Origin: Octopus sinensis | Lineage: Eukaryota | Direction of reading: 5' to 3' | Length of the DNA stretch: 64,000 nucleotides | Assembly: GCF_006345805.1 (NCBI RefSeq) | Contig: NC_043014.1 | Location: 8,742,001 to 8,806,000 of the forward strand | Shown here: piece after piece, positions 63,528 to 64,000 of the stretch | Numbering within the stretch: the first letter of the stretch is position 1 | Layout: every line of letters starts with the position of its first letter | Made by a program: the position numbers and the translations under genes | The notes under the pieces: model-generated | Databases searched by the model: none | What the model saw: the letters and a program-made list of their open reading frames with translations, nothing else | Told to the model about the DNA's origin: nothing

Positions 63528-63905
63528 TATGTTTCTTTATTAGCCACACAGGGCTGCACACAGACGGGACAAATTACAAGGTAGAGCTTTTCTTTTGGGG
63601 GATAAAAAAAAGGGGGGGTTGGTTTTCGATCAAAAGGGATCGTAAAAGGAAAGAAAGAGGAAAGCAAAAAAAAGGGGGGATAAAAAATAAAAGGAAGAAG
63701 AAAAAATCGATCAATAGGGATCGTTATCACAGAAATGTCAATATTAAGTGTAAAGGGGAGGACAGATGAGGTTTACCCGTGGAAAGAAAAGCCTACGGAA
63801 AAGACCACGGTAACCTCGGTCAACGAAGTCACATGTTATATTTTTTTTTACAAATAAGCAACTCTCTGTATTAATTTTAACGGTTCATAGGATCATAGTC
63901 AAGGT
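63528..63905 (-). mobile_element. Probable LINE 3' UTR fragment inserted in a (GA)/(GATA) microsatellite
   Basis: Ends ...ttgtcccgtctgtgtgcagccctgtgtggctaataaagaaac, closely resembling the SINE B tail; no ORF. Confidence 0.55.
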
Positions 63906-63991
<86 letters not shown>

Positions 63992-64000
63992 ATATGTGTG

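Overview
Eukaryotic, AT-rich, almost entirely repetitive DNA. The repeat content (dense (TA)n/(CA)n/(GATA)n microsatellites plus several high-copy tRNA-headed SINE families) suggests an octopus or other cephalopod intergenic or intronic region; that assignment is inference. I found no recognisable host protein-coding gene: nearly all ORFs in the track are translations of microsatellites or SINEs. Supported content: four or more modular tRNA-derived SINE families (one forming ~184-bp tandem arrays), non-autonomous Helitrons, Merlin-like, hAT and piggyBac-like MITEs with target-site duplications (TSDs), two decayed Tc1/mariner transposases (one with DD35E spacing, one maT/DD37D-like and split by an RTE-LINE 3' end), and a 100-N gap. 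The most notable signal is a set of about ten short, sequence-unrelated elements, mostly inside (TA)n tracts, that carry type I hammerhead ribozyme (HHR) motifs and often form fold-back palindromes, the hallmark of Penelope-like element (PLE) termini. They include a perfect 108-bp palindrome with a complete HHR on each strand (27237-27344) and a tRNA-promoter-headed SINE-like element with an HHR tail, an inverted terminal copy and a 12-bp TSD (25654-26009), a candidate Penelope-mobilised ribozyme SINE. All structures were read by eye; none was confirmed by computation or database search.
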